Shown here piece by piece: positions 50,746-61,000 of a stretch of 64,000 bases of DNA. How positions within the stretch are numbered: the stretch's first letter is position 1; every line of letters starts with the position of its first letter. Below the pieces are notes generated by a model, which saw only the letters and a list, made by a program, of their open reading frames with translations, did not search any database and had not been told where the DNA came from. Both the position numbers and the translations under genes were made by a program. Origin of the DNA: Candidatus Moanibacter sp. (GTDB lineage Bacteria > Verrucomicrobiota > Verrucomicrobiia > Opitutales > UBA2987); the NCBI GenBank assembly GCA_965226025.1, contig CBDDCD010000002.1, forward strand, positions 1,985,828 through 2,049,827. Reading direction: 5' to 3'.

Positions 50746-51993
50746 TCAAGGGGTTGGCAGGGTCGTGTGGGACGGCGTCTTCCGGCCAGTTGTAGTCGGA
50801 GCGACAAACTCGCTAAGACGATCAATTGCTTCGTGCAAACGACCTTCCTCGATCGAGAAACAGAGCCGGACCCAACCTTCGCCACCGGCGCCGAATGCCT
50901 GACCCGGGGCCAAGACAACAGCCGTCTCGGTGAGTAAACGCCGGCAGAACCGCATGCTGTCTCGGGCACCGGGCAAGCGGAAGAAGACGTAGAAGCTTCC
51001 ATCTGGTCGCGCTACGGATGCTCCAGGCAGCGCTTGGAGACGGCACACTACACCATCTCGCAGTTTCCGGTAGCGCACCAAATTCTTCTGGATAAAAGCT
51101 TCCCCATCACGTAGCGCCGTGATGCCCGCCACCTGCGCGGCGCTCGGTGCGTGTGATGTGATGAACTCCTGCATGCGCGCCATCTTGGCGGCCAGGGTCG
51201 CATCAAGGACCAGATATCCGACACGCCAGCCCGTCATACAGTATGTCTTGGAGAAGCCGTTGATTACCAACAGGCGGTCCAGACTTTGCCGATGGTGAAG
51301 AAACGATGGGGGTCGCGGCTCGGTGAATACGATCCGGTCGTAGATCTCATCCGCCAACAGAATCAGGTTGTGGCACTCACAGAACGAGGCGAGTTGCTCT
51401 TGCTGCTGATCCGAGATGACCCAGCCGGTGGGATTGGAAGGGGAATTGACGACGACGAGGCGCGGCTGCCGGCAACGGCCGATCAGGTCATAGAGTGCGT
51501 CAAAATCAAGTTCGAACCTGCTCCGGGGCTCATCAAACTTCAGGGCCAGCTCATGGACCGTAGCGCCGGCGATGCGGGCGGCTTCCACGAAGTTCGGCCA
51601 CAGCGGCGTCACGATAATCACTTCATCGCCCGGCCTGAGAAGAGCCAGCATTGTCAAGATGATCGCCTGTGTTCCGCCGCAAGTAATGAGAAAGTTGTCC
51701 GGTTCCAACTCGACGCCATACTGTTGCTTGTAGTGTTGCGCCAATTGCGCCTTTAGATCGGAACGGCCGCTGTTGTTCTCGTAAAAGACAGCCCCGTTTC
51801 GCAGGGCTTCACATCCTGCCTCGACGATGAACGGCGGTGTGCCTACATCCGACTCGCCGAAATGCAAGGGGATCCACGATCTCTTTGGATCCTCGAGTTT
51901 GAGCGCCTGCCAGTAGTCATGGAGCTGCCGGATCGCAGAAGGTCTCATCGACTCCAGCCGATCTGAGGGCGGTGTGTGAAAGGTCTGGGTCAA
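50746..51993 (-). CDS. Class I/II PLP-dependent aminotransferase (aspartate aminotransferase-like)
   Basis: NSPSNPTG, ADEIY and NGFSKTYCMTGWRVG (PLP lysine), plus WVRLCF. Confidence 0.93.
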   Translation of the reverse strand: MTQTFHTPPSDRLESMRPSAIRQLHDYWQALKLEDPKRSWIPLHFGESDVGTPPFIVEAGCEALRNGAVFYENNSGRSDLKAQLAQHYKQQYGVELEPDNFLITCGGTQAIILTMLALLRPGDEVIIVTPLWPNFVEAARIAGATVHELALKFDEPRSRFELDFDALYDLIGRCRQPRLVVVNSPSNPTGWVISDQQQEQLASFCECHNLILLADEIYDRIVFTEPRPPSFLHHRQSLDRLLVINGFSKTYCMTGWRVGYLVLDATLAAKMARMQEFITSHAPSAAQVAGITALRDGEAFIQKNLVRYRKLRDGVVCRLQALPGASVARPDGSFYVFFRLPGARDSMRFCRRLLTETAVVLAPGQAFGAGGEGWVRLCFSIEEGRLHEAIDRLSEFVAPTTTGRKTPSHTTLPTP

Positions 51994-52001
51994 GAGGCGT
52001 T

Positions 52002-52103
52002 TTAATCTTCAGGGAGGTCTTCCCCTCGCTCCGATAGGTAACGGCGCAGAAAAGCAAGGTCGCCCTGATCCTTTTCCCGATGCGTTTTCGCTTTGGTTCT
52101 CCA
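52002..52103 (-). pseudogene. C-terminal remnant of a nucleotidyltransferase (toxin-antitoxin type)
   Basis: Not in the ORF track. It translates as WRTKAKTHREKDQGDLAFLRRYLSERGEDLPED*, similar to the L..TK..T.R.KD..DL..L C-terminus of small nucleotidyltransferases. Confidence 0.6.
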
Positions 52104-52110
52104 GAGCACT

Positions 52111-52344
52111 CTAGCTCTTCGTTGTCGGGCGAGGACGTGTTATCATTCTCGTGAACCATTCATCTGCCTTTTCGTGAGTTCTAAAGCGGTAGACACCACG
52201 CGGGATAAAAGGGGTTGGCATCGCTTTTCGCCATGCTTTTGCCGAAGCGGTGGAGTCGTGCTCAGGCGAAAGCAGGTTGCTCGATTTTTTGCGGTGTCCA
52301 ACAATCTTAGCGCTGACTTCGGCAATTCTTCGTGACGGGTTCAT
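52111..52344 (-). CDS. Small hypothetical protein of the type usually paired with a nucleotidyltransferase
   Basis: PRGVYRFRTHEKADEW motif, with the NTase remnant immediately downstream. Confidence 0.55.
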   Translation of the reverse strand: MNPSRRIAEVSAKIVGHRKKSSNLLSPEHDSTASAKAWRKAMPTPFIPRGVYRFRTHEKADEWFTRMITRPRPTTKS

Positions 52345-52454
52345 TTATGTAACAGACTACACCAGCATCAGGTGTTCCGCAACGATTGTTTTGGGAGTCA
52401 GCTCCGGGGAGATCCTGAGGTCCGATAAATATGTCACCGGGGGGATGTTCAGTC

Positions 52455-52482
52455 TGTAGGACCGCGCTCGCGCGGTCCTACA
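52455..52482. repeat. GTAG-type REP hairpin
   Basis: TGTAGGACCGCG-CTCG-CGCGGTCCTACA, a perfect 12-bp stem. A second GTAG hairpin follows at about 52496-52523. Confidence 0.75.
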
Positions 52483-52584
52483 ATCGGATGACGGCTGTAG
52501 CCGGTTTCGCCAGAAACCGGACAATTTTGCTTGTTTGCTGTTATCTTGCAGCTACCTCTCGGTTAGCGAACGAGGATAAGGGAA

Positions 52585-52845
52585 ATGGATAGTTCGGTAC
52601 GATACGTCGTCGCCACGTCCATTCTTCCGAAGAAGCATTTCTACTACATTATCGAGAGCAACTGCTACGGAATGGACCTCGGCCAGGCTTCCCTCATTAA
52701 AAGCGAATCGCTCGCGATTTCGATCGCCAGATCCCTAAATGAGCGCAGGGAAGAGCAATCCAGAAGCGATGAGAGATTTGGACACTTCCCGATAAAAATC
52801 ACTATCAAGAACAATCGGAGAAGAGTCCTAAGGTATCTCAGATAG
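52585..52845 (+). CDS. Hypothetical protein (86 aa)
   Basis: ATG preceded by GAGGATAAGGGAA and an open protein-like frame. No family recognised. Confidence 0.45.
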   Translation: MDSSVRYVVATSILPKKHFYYIIESNCYGMDLGQASLIKSESLAISIARSLNERREEQSRSDERFGHFPIKITIKNNRRRVLRYLR

Positions 52846-52863
52846 AGGGCTAGGAACAATCCC

Positions 52864-53092
52864 ATGAATGCGAGACCAACCGATGCCGAACGTGATGAGG
52901 AAATAAAAAGCTCACAGGATAATCGATCGGATGCCCCCAAAAGCCACTTGGGACGACCTAATGCACGAGATTTACGTGCGTGAGGCAATTGAGAAAGGCA
53001 TGTCAGACAGCAAGGCTGGTCGGACCCGGGATGTGAAGGAAGTCCGGGCGAAGTACGACCTCGAACGTCGATTGCGCTTACGATTGCGATGA
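52864..53092 (+). pseudogene. Frameshifted small antitoxin-like gene
   Basis: Not in the ORF track. KAHRIIDRMPPKATWDDLMHEIYVREAIEKGMSDSKAGRTRDVKEVRAKY resembles small antitoxins found upstream of RelE/ParE toxins. The N-terminus is out of frame at the A-run at about 52905-52909. Confidence 0.65.
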
Positions 53093-53204
53093 TCGATTAA
53101 TGGAGCTGATGTCCTTCGCATCCAATCGAAAGCCGTAATCGAATCCCGAGATCGGGAACTTCGAGACAGCCAGTTGTAGCCGCGGCTACGCCTTCGGCTG
53201 ATCG

Positions 53205-54830
53205 CTACGATGTGTGTGAGACGTCCGGGTTTAAGGTCTCGATGTTAAATGCCGCGGCAATGAGGGCGCGGGTATAGTCGGTTTTCGGCGCCTCAAAGAC
53301 CTGGCTGACCCGCCCTTGTTCGACAACAGCGCCGTCCCGCATCACCGCGATTTCGTCGGCCATAACCCGAACCACTCGCAAATCGTGGCTGATGAACAGA
53401 TAGGCCAATTTGTGCCGGTCCTGAAGCTGGCGCAACAAATCGACGATCTGGGCTTGGATTGTCATATCCAGGGAGCTGGTCGGCTCGTCCAAGACCAAAA
53501 AGCGAGGTTTGAGCACCATCGCCCGGGCGATAGCGATACGCTGGCGCTGGCCGCCGGAAAATTCGTGGGGAAAGCGATCCATGCTCAGCGGGTCCAACTC
53601 GACTTCGGCCATGGCCTCGGCCACCATTTGCCGCCGCCCACTGTAGTCGCCGCCCAAACGGTGGATCTTTAAGCCCTCCTCGATAATCTGAAATACGGAC
53701 AGGCGCGGACTGAGGGAGCTGAAAGGGTCCTGAAAGACAATCTGCATCTGTCGGCGTAAGGGCTGCAGTTCTCTATTGCGCCAATCCTGGATGTCCCGCC
53801 CTTCAAAACGAATCCCGCCCCCACTGGCAATCAGTCGCAACAGCGCTTGGCCCAAAGTGGTCTTCCCCGAGCCCGACTCCCCCACCACGCCCACAGTCTG
53901 GCCCTGGCGCACGGTCAAGCTGATCCCGTCCACCGCTTTGACGTAGCCGACGGTGCGTCGCAAGATCCCCCGCTTGATCGGAAACCATACTTTCAGATCC
54001 TCCGCTTCCATAACCGCTGGAGCCCCTTTGTCGGACGCTGGGGGTTTGCCCCTGGGCTCGGCGGCCAACAATTTGCGGGTATAGGGGTGTTGGGGCCGAG
54101 TAAAAATCTCCTCGGTCGCTCCCACTTCAACTAATTCTCCCCCGGTCATCACCGCTACCTGATCGGCCATGTGGCGCACAATGCTCAAATCGTGGGTAAT
54201 CAGCAAAACAGCCATGCCTAGTTGCCCTTGCAATCCCTTGAGCAATTGCAGAATCTGGGCCTGAATGGTCACATCTAAAGCCGTCGTCGGCTCGTCGGCA
54301 ATGAGCAGATCCGGTTGGTTGGCCAGGGCCATGGCGATCATCACCCGCTGGCGCTGCCCGCCCGAAAGCTGGTGCGGCCAGGCGTCCAGCCGCTCCTCCA
54401 CATTGGGCAATTGCACCAACTGCAACAATTCGAGGGTCCGCCGGCGCGTCGCTTTGCGGTCGAGTCCGCGGTGCAGCTTTAACACTTCGCCGATCTGCTT
54501 TTCAATGGTGTGGAGCGGGTTGAGCGAGGTCATCGGCTCCTGGAAGATCATCGCGATGCGGTTGCCGCGGATGGAGCGGAGTTTCTCTTGGGAGGCGCCC
54601 AGCAGCTCTTCGCCCTCAAAGCGGATGTTGCCGTGGGGGTGGAGGGCCTTGGGATAGGGCAAAAGCTGCAAAACGGAAAGGTCAGTGACCGACTTGCCCG
54701 AGCCCGATTCTCCCACCAGGGCTACGGTCTGGCCTTTTTCAACCCTTAGATCGACGCGGCGCACCGCCTTGACCAGCTGGCTGCCGGCGCCGAAATGCAC
54801 CGCCAGATTCTCGATCTCGAGCAGGCTCAA
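53205..54830 (-). CDS. yejF: Peptide ABC transporter double ATPase, YejF-like
   Basis: Two Walker A motifs (GESGSGKS and GESGSGKT), signatures LSGGQRQR and FSGGQRQR, and the [13 protein letters not shown] linker. Confidence 0.92.
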   Translation of the reverse strand: MSLLEIENLAVHFGAGSQLVKAVRRVDLRVEKGQTVALVGESGSGKSVTDLSVLQLLPYPKALHPHGNIRFEGEELLGASQEKLRSIRGNRIAMIFQEPMTSLNPLHTIEKQIGEVLKLHRGLDRKATRRRTLELLQLVQLPNVEERLDAWPHQLSGGQRQRVMIAMALANQPDLLIADEPTTALDVTIQAQILQLLKGLQGQLGMAVLLITHDLSIVRHMADQVAVMTGGELVEVGATEEIFTRPQHPYTRKLLAAEPRGKPPASDKGAPAVMEAEDLKVWFPIKRGILRRTVGYVKAVDGISLTVRQGQTVGVVGESGSGKTTLGQALLRLIASGGGIRFEGRDIQDWRNRELQPLRRQMQIVFQDPFSSLSPRLSVFQIIEEGLKIHRLGGDYSGRRQMVAEAMAEVELDPLSMDRFPHEFSGGQRQRIAIARAMVLKPRFLVLDEPTSSLDMTIQAQIVDLLRQLQDRHKLAYLFISHDLRVVRVMADEIAVMRDGAVVEQGRVSQVFEAPKTDYTRALIAAAFNIETLNPDVSHTS

Positions 54831-55939
54831 ACCTCCTCCTGGGCGAAGTTTTTCCTGGGATCAAAAGCGTCGCGCACCGCCTCGCCGATAAAAACCAAAA
54901 GCGAGAGCATCAACCCCAAGACAACAAAGCTGGAAAAACCCAACCAAGGCGCATGTAAATTGCGCTTGCCCTGGTTGAGCAACTCCCCCAAAGAGGGCGA
55001 CCCGGGCGGCAGGCCGAACCCCAAAAAGTCGAGGGAGGTCAGCACCGTAACTGAGCCGGTGAGGACAAAGGGCAAAAAGGTCAGGGTCGAGACCATGGCA
55101 TTGGGCAGGACATGGCGAAACATAATCGCTCCGTCGCCGAGACCCAGGGCGCGAGCGGCGCGGACAAAATCAAAATTGCGCGCCCGCAAAAACTCGGCCC
55201 GCACCACCCCGACCAGCCCCATCCACTGAAAGAGCAGCATTAGGCCCAACAACCACCAAAAATTGGGTTCGACCACACTGGCCAAAATGATCAATAGGTA
55301 CAAAGTGGGCAGGCCGGACCAGATTTCGATAAAGCGCTGGAAGATCAAGTCGACCCAGCCGCCGAAATACCCTTGCACCGCGCCGGCGGCGATCCCCACC
55401 AGCGAACTGAAGAAGGTCAGGACCAGCCCGAAGAGCACCGAGATGCGAAAGCCGTAGAGGAGCCGGGCCACCACATCCCGCGCCTGGTCGTCGGTGCCCA
55501 GCCAATTCTGGGCCGAGGGCGGCGCCGGAGCCGGTTGTTCTAGATTATAATTGATCGTAGTGTAGTTGTAGCGGATCGGCGGCCACACCATCCACCCCTG
55601 TGCTTCGATCAGCTCGAGGATATAAGGATCGCGATAGTCGGCCTCGGTCTCAAAGTCGCCGCCAAATCTAGTCTCGGGATAGGCGGCGAAGATGGGAAAA
55701 TGTAACTGACCGTTAAAGCGCAGCAGCAGCGGTTTGTCGTTGGCGATAAACTCGGCGGGCAGGCTTAGGAGGAACAAGCCCAGGAAGATCCACAGACTCC
55801 AATAGCCGCGGCGGTTGCGCTTAAAATTGTCCAAGCGACGCCGGTTGATTTCGGACAAGCCAACGCCGAAGACCCGGGTTTGGGGTGGGGGTGGGGGCAA
55901 GACTCGCTCGGCGGCCATCTCAAACCTCGCTGCTGGCAA
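54827..55939 (-). CDS. yejE: Peptide ABC transporter permease, YejE-like
   Basis: [46 protein letters not shown] and [11 protein letters not shown]. Confidence 0.92.
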   Translation of the reverse strand: MPAARFEMAAERVLPPPPPQTRVFGVGLSEINRRRLDNFKRNRRGYWSLWIFLGLFLLSLPAEFIANDKPLLLRFNGQLHFPIFAAYPETRFGGDFETEADYRDPYILELIEAQGWMVWPPIRYNYTTINYNLEQPAPAPPSAQNWLGTDDQARDVVARLLYGFRISVLFGLVLTFFSSLVGIAAGAVQGYFGGWVDLIFQRFIEIWSGLPTLYLLIILASVVEPNFWWLLGLMLLFQWMGLVGVVRAEFLRARNFDFVRAARALGLGDGAIMFRHVLPNAMVSTLTFLPFVLTGSVTVLTSLDFLGFGLPPGSPSLGELLNQGKRNLHAPWLGFSSFVVLGLMLSLLVFIGEAVRDAFDPRKNFAQEEV

Positions 55940-57026
55940 AATCGATGCGGCGATCGACCAAGGTATAGGTCAGATCCCCCACCAGCTGCATGACCAGTCC
56001 CAGCAGGGTAAAAAAGTAGAGGGTGCCGAACATCACCGGGTAGTCCCGCCCAATCGCCGCCTTGTAGCCCAAAAGCCCCAGGCCGTCGAGGGAGAAGATG
56101 ATTTCGATCAGCAGCGATCCGGTAAAGAATATACTGACGAAAGCACTGGGAAAGCCGGCGATGACAATGAGCATGGCATTGCGGAAAACATGCCGGTAAA
56201 GCACGCCCCGCAGGCTCAGTCCCTTGGCGTAGGCGGTTGTGACGTACTGTTTGTTGATCTCGTCCAAAAAGGAATTCTTAGTCAACAAGGTCAGTCCGGC
56301 AAAGCCGCCGATGACCAGGGCGAAGACCGGCAGGACCAGATGCCAGAAATAGTCGACAAGCTTGCCCAAGAGGCTCAATTGCTCCCAATTGGCCGAAGTC
56401 AGCCCGCGCAGAGGGAACCAGTTGACGTAGTGACCGCCGGCAAAGACCACGATGAGGAGGATGGCAAAGAGGAAACTGGGCACGGCGTTGCCGACCACAA
56501 TCACTCCCGAGGTCCACACGTCAAAGCGGGAACCGTCCCGCACGGCTTTGGCGATACCCAGAGGGATCGAGAGGCAGTAGATGAGCAGGGTGCTCCACAG
56601 CCCCAAAGAGATCGAGACCGGCATCTTTTCGAGCACAAGATCGACCACATTGGAGTCGCGGTAAAAGCTCTCGCCAAAATCAAAGCGCAGGTACTGGCCG
56701 ATCATCAAGAAGAACCGCTCCACCGGCGGCTTGTCGAAGCCGTAGAGCCGCTCTAATTCCACAATCAGCTCGGGGTCGAGGCCTTGGGCGCCGCGGTATT
56801 TGCTCGAGACCCCTTCGGCAATCCCCGAACCCGATAACTGTAGCGCCTCCCGATTGTCCGTACCGCTAAAGCGGGCCGTGGCGTCGGTGGCGTGCCCTTG
56901 CAGTTGGGCGATAACCTGTTCCACCGGGCCGCCAGGGGCCGCCTGAATGACGATAAAATTGATCACCATGATGCCGAAGACGGTCGGCACTATCAACAAC
57001 AGCCGGCGTGCTATATAGGCTAGCAT
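55920..57026 (-). CDS. yejB: Peptide ABC transporter permease, YejB-like (IS inserted at its start codon)
   Basis: [35 protein letters not shown]...YGFDKP and [15 protein letters not shown]. The ATG lies inside the IS target duplication. Confidence 0.92.
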   Translation of the reverse strand: MLAYIARRLLLIVPTVFGIMVINFIVIQAAPGGPVEQVIAQLQGHATDATARFSGTDNREALQLSGSGIAEGVSSKYRGAQGLDPELIVELERLYGFDKPPVERFFLMIGQYLRFDFGESFYRDSNVVDLVLEKMPVSISLGLWSTLLIYCLSIPLGIAKAVRDGSRFDVWTSGVIVVGNAVPSFLFAILLIVVFAGGHYVNWFPLRGLTSANWEQLSLLGKLVDYFWHLVLPVFALVIGGFAGLTLLTKNSFLDEINKQYVTTAYAKGLSLRGVLYRHVFRNAMLIVIAGFPSAFVSIFFTGSLLIEIIFSLDGLGLLGYKAAIGRDYPVMFGTLYFFTLLGLVMQLVGDLTYTLVDRRIDFASSEV

Positions 57027-57027
57027 A

Positions 57028-58844
57028 GAGCCCGTCCCAGTGGTGGAAACAATTGATTTTTAATGAGTTATGGGCAAAAAAAAGGCCGGATAGAGCTGCA
57101 AAAAGCTCGATCCGGCGAAAAAGGGCGCTTATGCTTGCGTTAGTCAAATACAAAGCACGCCCTTCTCATGAAAAATATTGCCGTACAAAGCTTCCTGCGT
57201 CCAGCCCTAACTCCAGTCATTCGATGCAAAGACTACACCGTGTTTCTGGAAACAATGGAGCGGATTGACCGGGTTTTGATCGACTCCTCGCTGGAAAGGG
57301 AGGCGATCGTAAAAGCCTTGGAAGGATGGGATGAAGCGGGAGGGAAGGATCGGGAGCGACGCGCTCTAAGAGCGATAAAAGCGCTGCGGGTGGAGGTGGT
57401 GCGTCATTTACTCGGAGGGATATCCTTTCGTTGTCTGTCGCAGGAGTTGGGACGCAGTGAGCTTCTGGCTAATTTTTGCCGGGTGCGTGAGGTAGACGGG
57501 ATCCGGAAAATATCGAAGAGCAGTCTGGAACGGGATTCGAAATTCTTCGACGAAGCGTATCTGAGACAGCTGCATGCAAGGATGACCGAGGTGGTGGGCA
57601 ATGCTGAACATTGTGGTGAGGCAGGATTAGAGAAGCCGATCGATACGAGGGAATGCCTGATCGACGCCACTTGCCTGGAAGCGAACATCCACTGGCCCGT
57701 GGACTGGGTCTTGCTCAAGGATGTGGGAGCAACGCTGCTCAAGGCGATCAGTCTGATCCGGCAGGCGGGAATGAAACAGCGCATGCCCCAGGGAGCAAAG
57801 GGATTGGCTCGGGAGATGAACAAACGGTGCCTGGAGATGACGCATGCGCGTCGGCGCCGGGAGGCGGGCAAAGCGCGTAAAGGGATCCTGCGGCGGATGA
57901 AGCTATTGCTCAAGAAGATTGAGGGCCATGCCCTTCGCCACCGTGACTTATTGGAAGCTATGTGGATGCAAAGCGATTACACCGAGAAGAAGGCGAGCCG
58001 AATCATCGAGCGAATGGATGGTATGTTAGAGCAGATACCGCAGGTCATGAAACAGGCGCACGAACGGATCATAGGGGGGCGGCAGGTGAAGAATGAGGAG
58101 AAGATCCTGAGCGCCTACGAACCTGAGATTGACGTCATCGTGCGAGGCAAGGCAGATCGGGAGGTGGAGTTTGGCAACACCCTTTATTTATGCGAGAGCG
58201 CAGAGGGATATCTGTTGGACTGGAAACTGTATGGGGGGCAGGCCCCGAGCGAATTGAAGCAGCTTTGGGAAAGTCTGGAGAGGCAAAAGGGCTTCGCTTT
58301 AGAGGAGAAGATCGAAGCGATCAGTGGGGATCGGGGCTATGCCTCGAAGGCGGCCAGCAAGCGGCTCCAGGCAGAGGGGATTTTTGACGCCCTTACGCCC
58401 CGCAATCCACAAGAGCTCAAGGAGCGGATGGAGGAGCCGCGCTTTGTCCGGTTGCAGCGACGACGAGGGAGCACCGAAGGCCGGATCGGAGTGCTCAAGA
58501 ACCGATGGCACGGGGGCAAGATACGCAGCAAAGGCTTTGACAACCGTAACCTTAGCGTGGCCTGGTCGGTTCTGTCCCACAATCTATGGAAAATCGCGCA
58601 GAGACTTGCGCAAGAACATGAGAAAGAGGCAACGCAGGCGGCATAGGGATCCAAGAATCGAGTCAGAGGCGCTTCCTTGGGAGAACTATCGACTCAAAGC
58701 GAGAGGAAGGGTGCTGGAAAGGTGCATAACGGATAAAAGGTAAGCTACCGAGGACGGAAGGCATGTCGTGGTCTACATAACGTGACGAAGATTGATATCG
58801 GTATCAGGCTTCCACCCAAATCCTCTCGGATTTGGGACAGCCTC
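57028..58844 (+). mobile_element. Same IS, copy 4 (1817 bp), between yejA and yejB
   Basis: Direct repeat TAGCATA at 57021-57027 and 58845-58851. Confidence 0.95.
57168..58646 (+). CDS. DDE transposase (492 aa)
   Basis: Identical protein to copy 1. Confidence 0.93.
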   Translation: MKNIAVQSFLRPALTPVIRCKDYTVFLETMERIDRVLIDSSLEREAIVKALEGWDEAGGKDRERRALRAIKALRVEVVRHLLGGISFRCLSQELGRSELLANFCRVREVDGIRKISKSSLERDSKFFDEAYLRQLHARMTEVVGNAEHCGEAGLEKPIDTRECLIDATCLEANIHWPVDWVLLKDVGATLLKAISLIRQAGMKQRMPQGAKGLAREMNKRCLEMTHARRRREAGKARKGILRRMKLLLKKIEGHALRHRDLLEAMWMQSDYTEKKASRIIERMDGMLEQIPQVMKQAHERIIGGRQVKNEEKILSAYEPEIDVIVRGKADREVEFGNTLYLCESAEGYLLDWKLYGGQAPSELKQLWESLERQKGFALEEKIEAISGDRGYASKAASKRLQAEGIFDALTPRNPQELKERMEEPRFVRLQRRRGSTEGRIGVLKNRWHGGKIRSKGFDNRNLSVAWSVLSHNLWKIAQRLAQEHEKEATQAA

Positions 58845-58851
58845 TAGCATA

Positions 58852-58948
58852 AGGAATCTGTCGGCATGAACTTGGTCCAAATGTACATCATTCACCCGTG
58901 GATCTGAACCTCAGTGATGTTGCGAAGAGCAAAGCCCGACAGATTCCT
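58852..58948. repeat. AGGAATCTGTC-bounded element, copy C
   Basis: Arms at 58852-58862 and 58938-58948 with a 75-nt interior. The right arm overlaps the yejA TAG stop; the left arm abuts the IS target duplication. Confidence 0.85.
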
Positions 58949-60917
58949 AGTGGCCCATACTCCCCAGCTGGGCCACCTTGTCGGCGTCCTCCCACCAATA
59001 GGTAAAAAGTCCGCCGGCTCCGGCGTACTTTGGCGAGATGGCCGGTTTGCCAAACCGATCCCAATAGAACATCCGGTGACTGGTAATATGCCAATGGGGC
59101 ACGGCGTAATACCCCCAGGACAATACCCGATCCAAGGCCCGGCAACTGGCCACCAGGCTTTGGCGGTCGGGAGCGGCAATGAAGATTTCGACCATTTCAT
59201 TGATGGCCTTATCCTTAATTCCGGCATAGTTGCGACTCCCTGGCGTCTCGGCCGCCTTCGTCGTCCACATATCGCGCTGCTCGTTGCCCGGACTCTGGGA
59301 TTGGCCCCATGTCGTGACAGTGGCGTCAAAATCGAATTCCTGCAGCCGGTTTTGATATTGGGCCGTATCGACTATGCGGATCTTACCCTCTACCCCCAGC
59401 TTTTCCAGGTTTTTGACATAGGGGGCGACAATCCGCTCAAAGGAGGGGGCTAATAACAGAAATTCGATGGCCATAACTTCGCCGCTCGTCCTGTGGGTCA
59501 ATTTGCCATCGGCTACCTCCCAGCCGGCCGCGACTAATAGCTGGCGGGCGGCGCGCAAGTTTTGCCGGGAATTTCCCGAGCCGTCGGTGGTCGGAGGTTG
59601 ATAGGCCGGGCCGAAGACCTGGTCGGGGATTCGGCCGCGAAACTGCTCCAGGATCTCCAGTTCGCGCCCCTCGGGGGTGCCTGAAGAGGCCAATTCGGTA
59701 TTGGAAAAATAACTCTTGGTCCGGGTGTACTGACCGTAAAATAGATAAGTGTTGGTCCATTCAAAATCAAAGGCATAGCCCAGGGCCTGACGCACCTGGG
59801 GGTCAGCAAACTTTGCCCGCCTGGTGTTGAAGACGAAGCCCTGCATCCCGGTGCCGTTTTGGTGGGCGATCAGCTCCTGGACCAGCTTGCCCTCTTGGCG
59901 GGCGGGCACATCGTAGGCCGTGGCCCAATCCTTGGAACTGTTTTCGGCCCGATAGTCGAATGCCCCTCCTTTGAGGGCTTCGACCGCAACGGTGCCGTCG
60001 CGGTAATAATCGAAGTGGACCGTATCAAAATTGTACTGGCCCCGGTTGAAGGGCATATCCCGGCCCCAGTATTCGGCGACCCGCTCGTAGGTAATCGAGC
60101 GGCCTGCATCGACCGCGCCAATGCGGTAAGGACCGCTTCCCAAGGGCGGCTCGAGAGTAGTCTCAGAGAAATCCCGGCCTTCCCAATAATGCTTGGGCAA
60201 AATCGTCATCTAGCCGATGATCAGAGGTAATTCGAGGTTGGTCTCGCCGCCGAAAGTGAACTGCACCGTACGATCGCCTACCTTTTCGGCGCTCTCCACA
60301 TCGGCCCAATAGCTGCGGTAGAAAGGATGTCCTTTGGCCTTGATAGTCTCCAAACTGAAGATGACATCCTCTACGGTGACCGGTTTGCCGTCGTGCCAGC
60401 GCGCCTCGGGCCGCAGGGCGAAGCGCACCCAGGAGCGGTCCTCGGGCATCTCGACGAATTCGACCAACTCCCCGTACATGGTAAGAGGCTCATCGACCGA
60501 TCTCGCCATCAGATTGTTGTAGATCAAGCTGATGCTGGAAGCCGGCGTCCCTTTGAGAATGAGGTTGTTGAGGCTGTCAAAGGAACCGTTCCGGCCCAAG
60601 CGGATTTTGCCCCCTTTAGGCGCGGCTGGATTGACAAAGTTGAAGTGGGTGTACTCCGTCCCATACTTGATGTCGCCGTGCATGGCGATGGCGTGGCCCC
60701 GGTAAATCCCATCGACAAACTCCATGGCAAAGCCCGGGGCTTCGGCCAGAGCTTCGGTCGCTGAGTCCGCGGTGGGAGCAACCTCTTTTTTCGGTGGGAC
60801 CGAATCTCCCGATTGGCCACCGCACCCCAGCACCACGGCCAAATAGGCAACGGCAACCACCGCGCTAAAGCCGCGCCAAAATCTCACCCCATAGCCCACT
60901 GCCTTTATTGCTTCCAT
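58947..60917 (-). pseudogene. yejA: Extracellular solute-binding protein YejA-like, split by an in-frame TAG
   Basis: HAIAMHGDIKY...HFNFVNP.APKGG, LRPEARWHDGKPVT.EDV.FS, PLGSGPYRI and DYYRD. The TAG at 60210-60212 in LIIG*MTILPKHYW falls where a sense codon (typically Gln CAG) is expected. N-terminal lipobox VLG-C. Confidence 0.88.
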
Positions 60918-61000
60918 AGACTCACCTTAGAATGGATTTTACATTTCAAGGCAATCTAGCGCGAAAAGGCCGATCGGGTCAACGGCCGGAACACTAGGTA

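Noticed and set aside
4413-58948. Repeat families as a CRISPR array
   Set aside because: The repeats are inverted and dispersed rather than tandem direct repeats with unique spacers, and there are no cas genes.
60210-60212. In-frame TAG as pyrrolysine or genetic-code reassignment
   Set aside because: TAG is used as a normal stop by many genes in the window.
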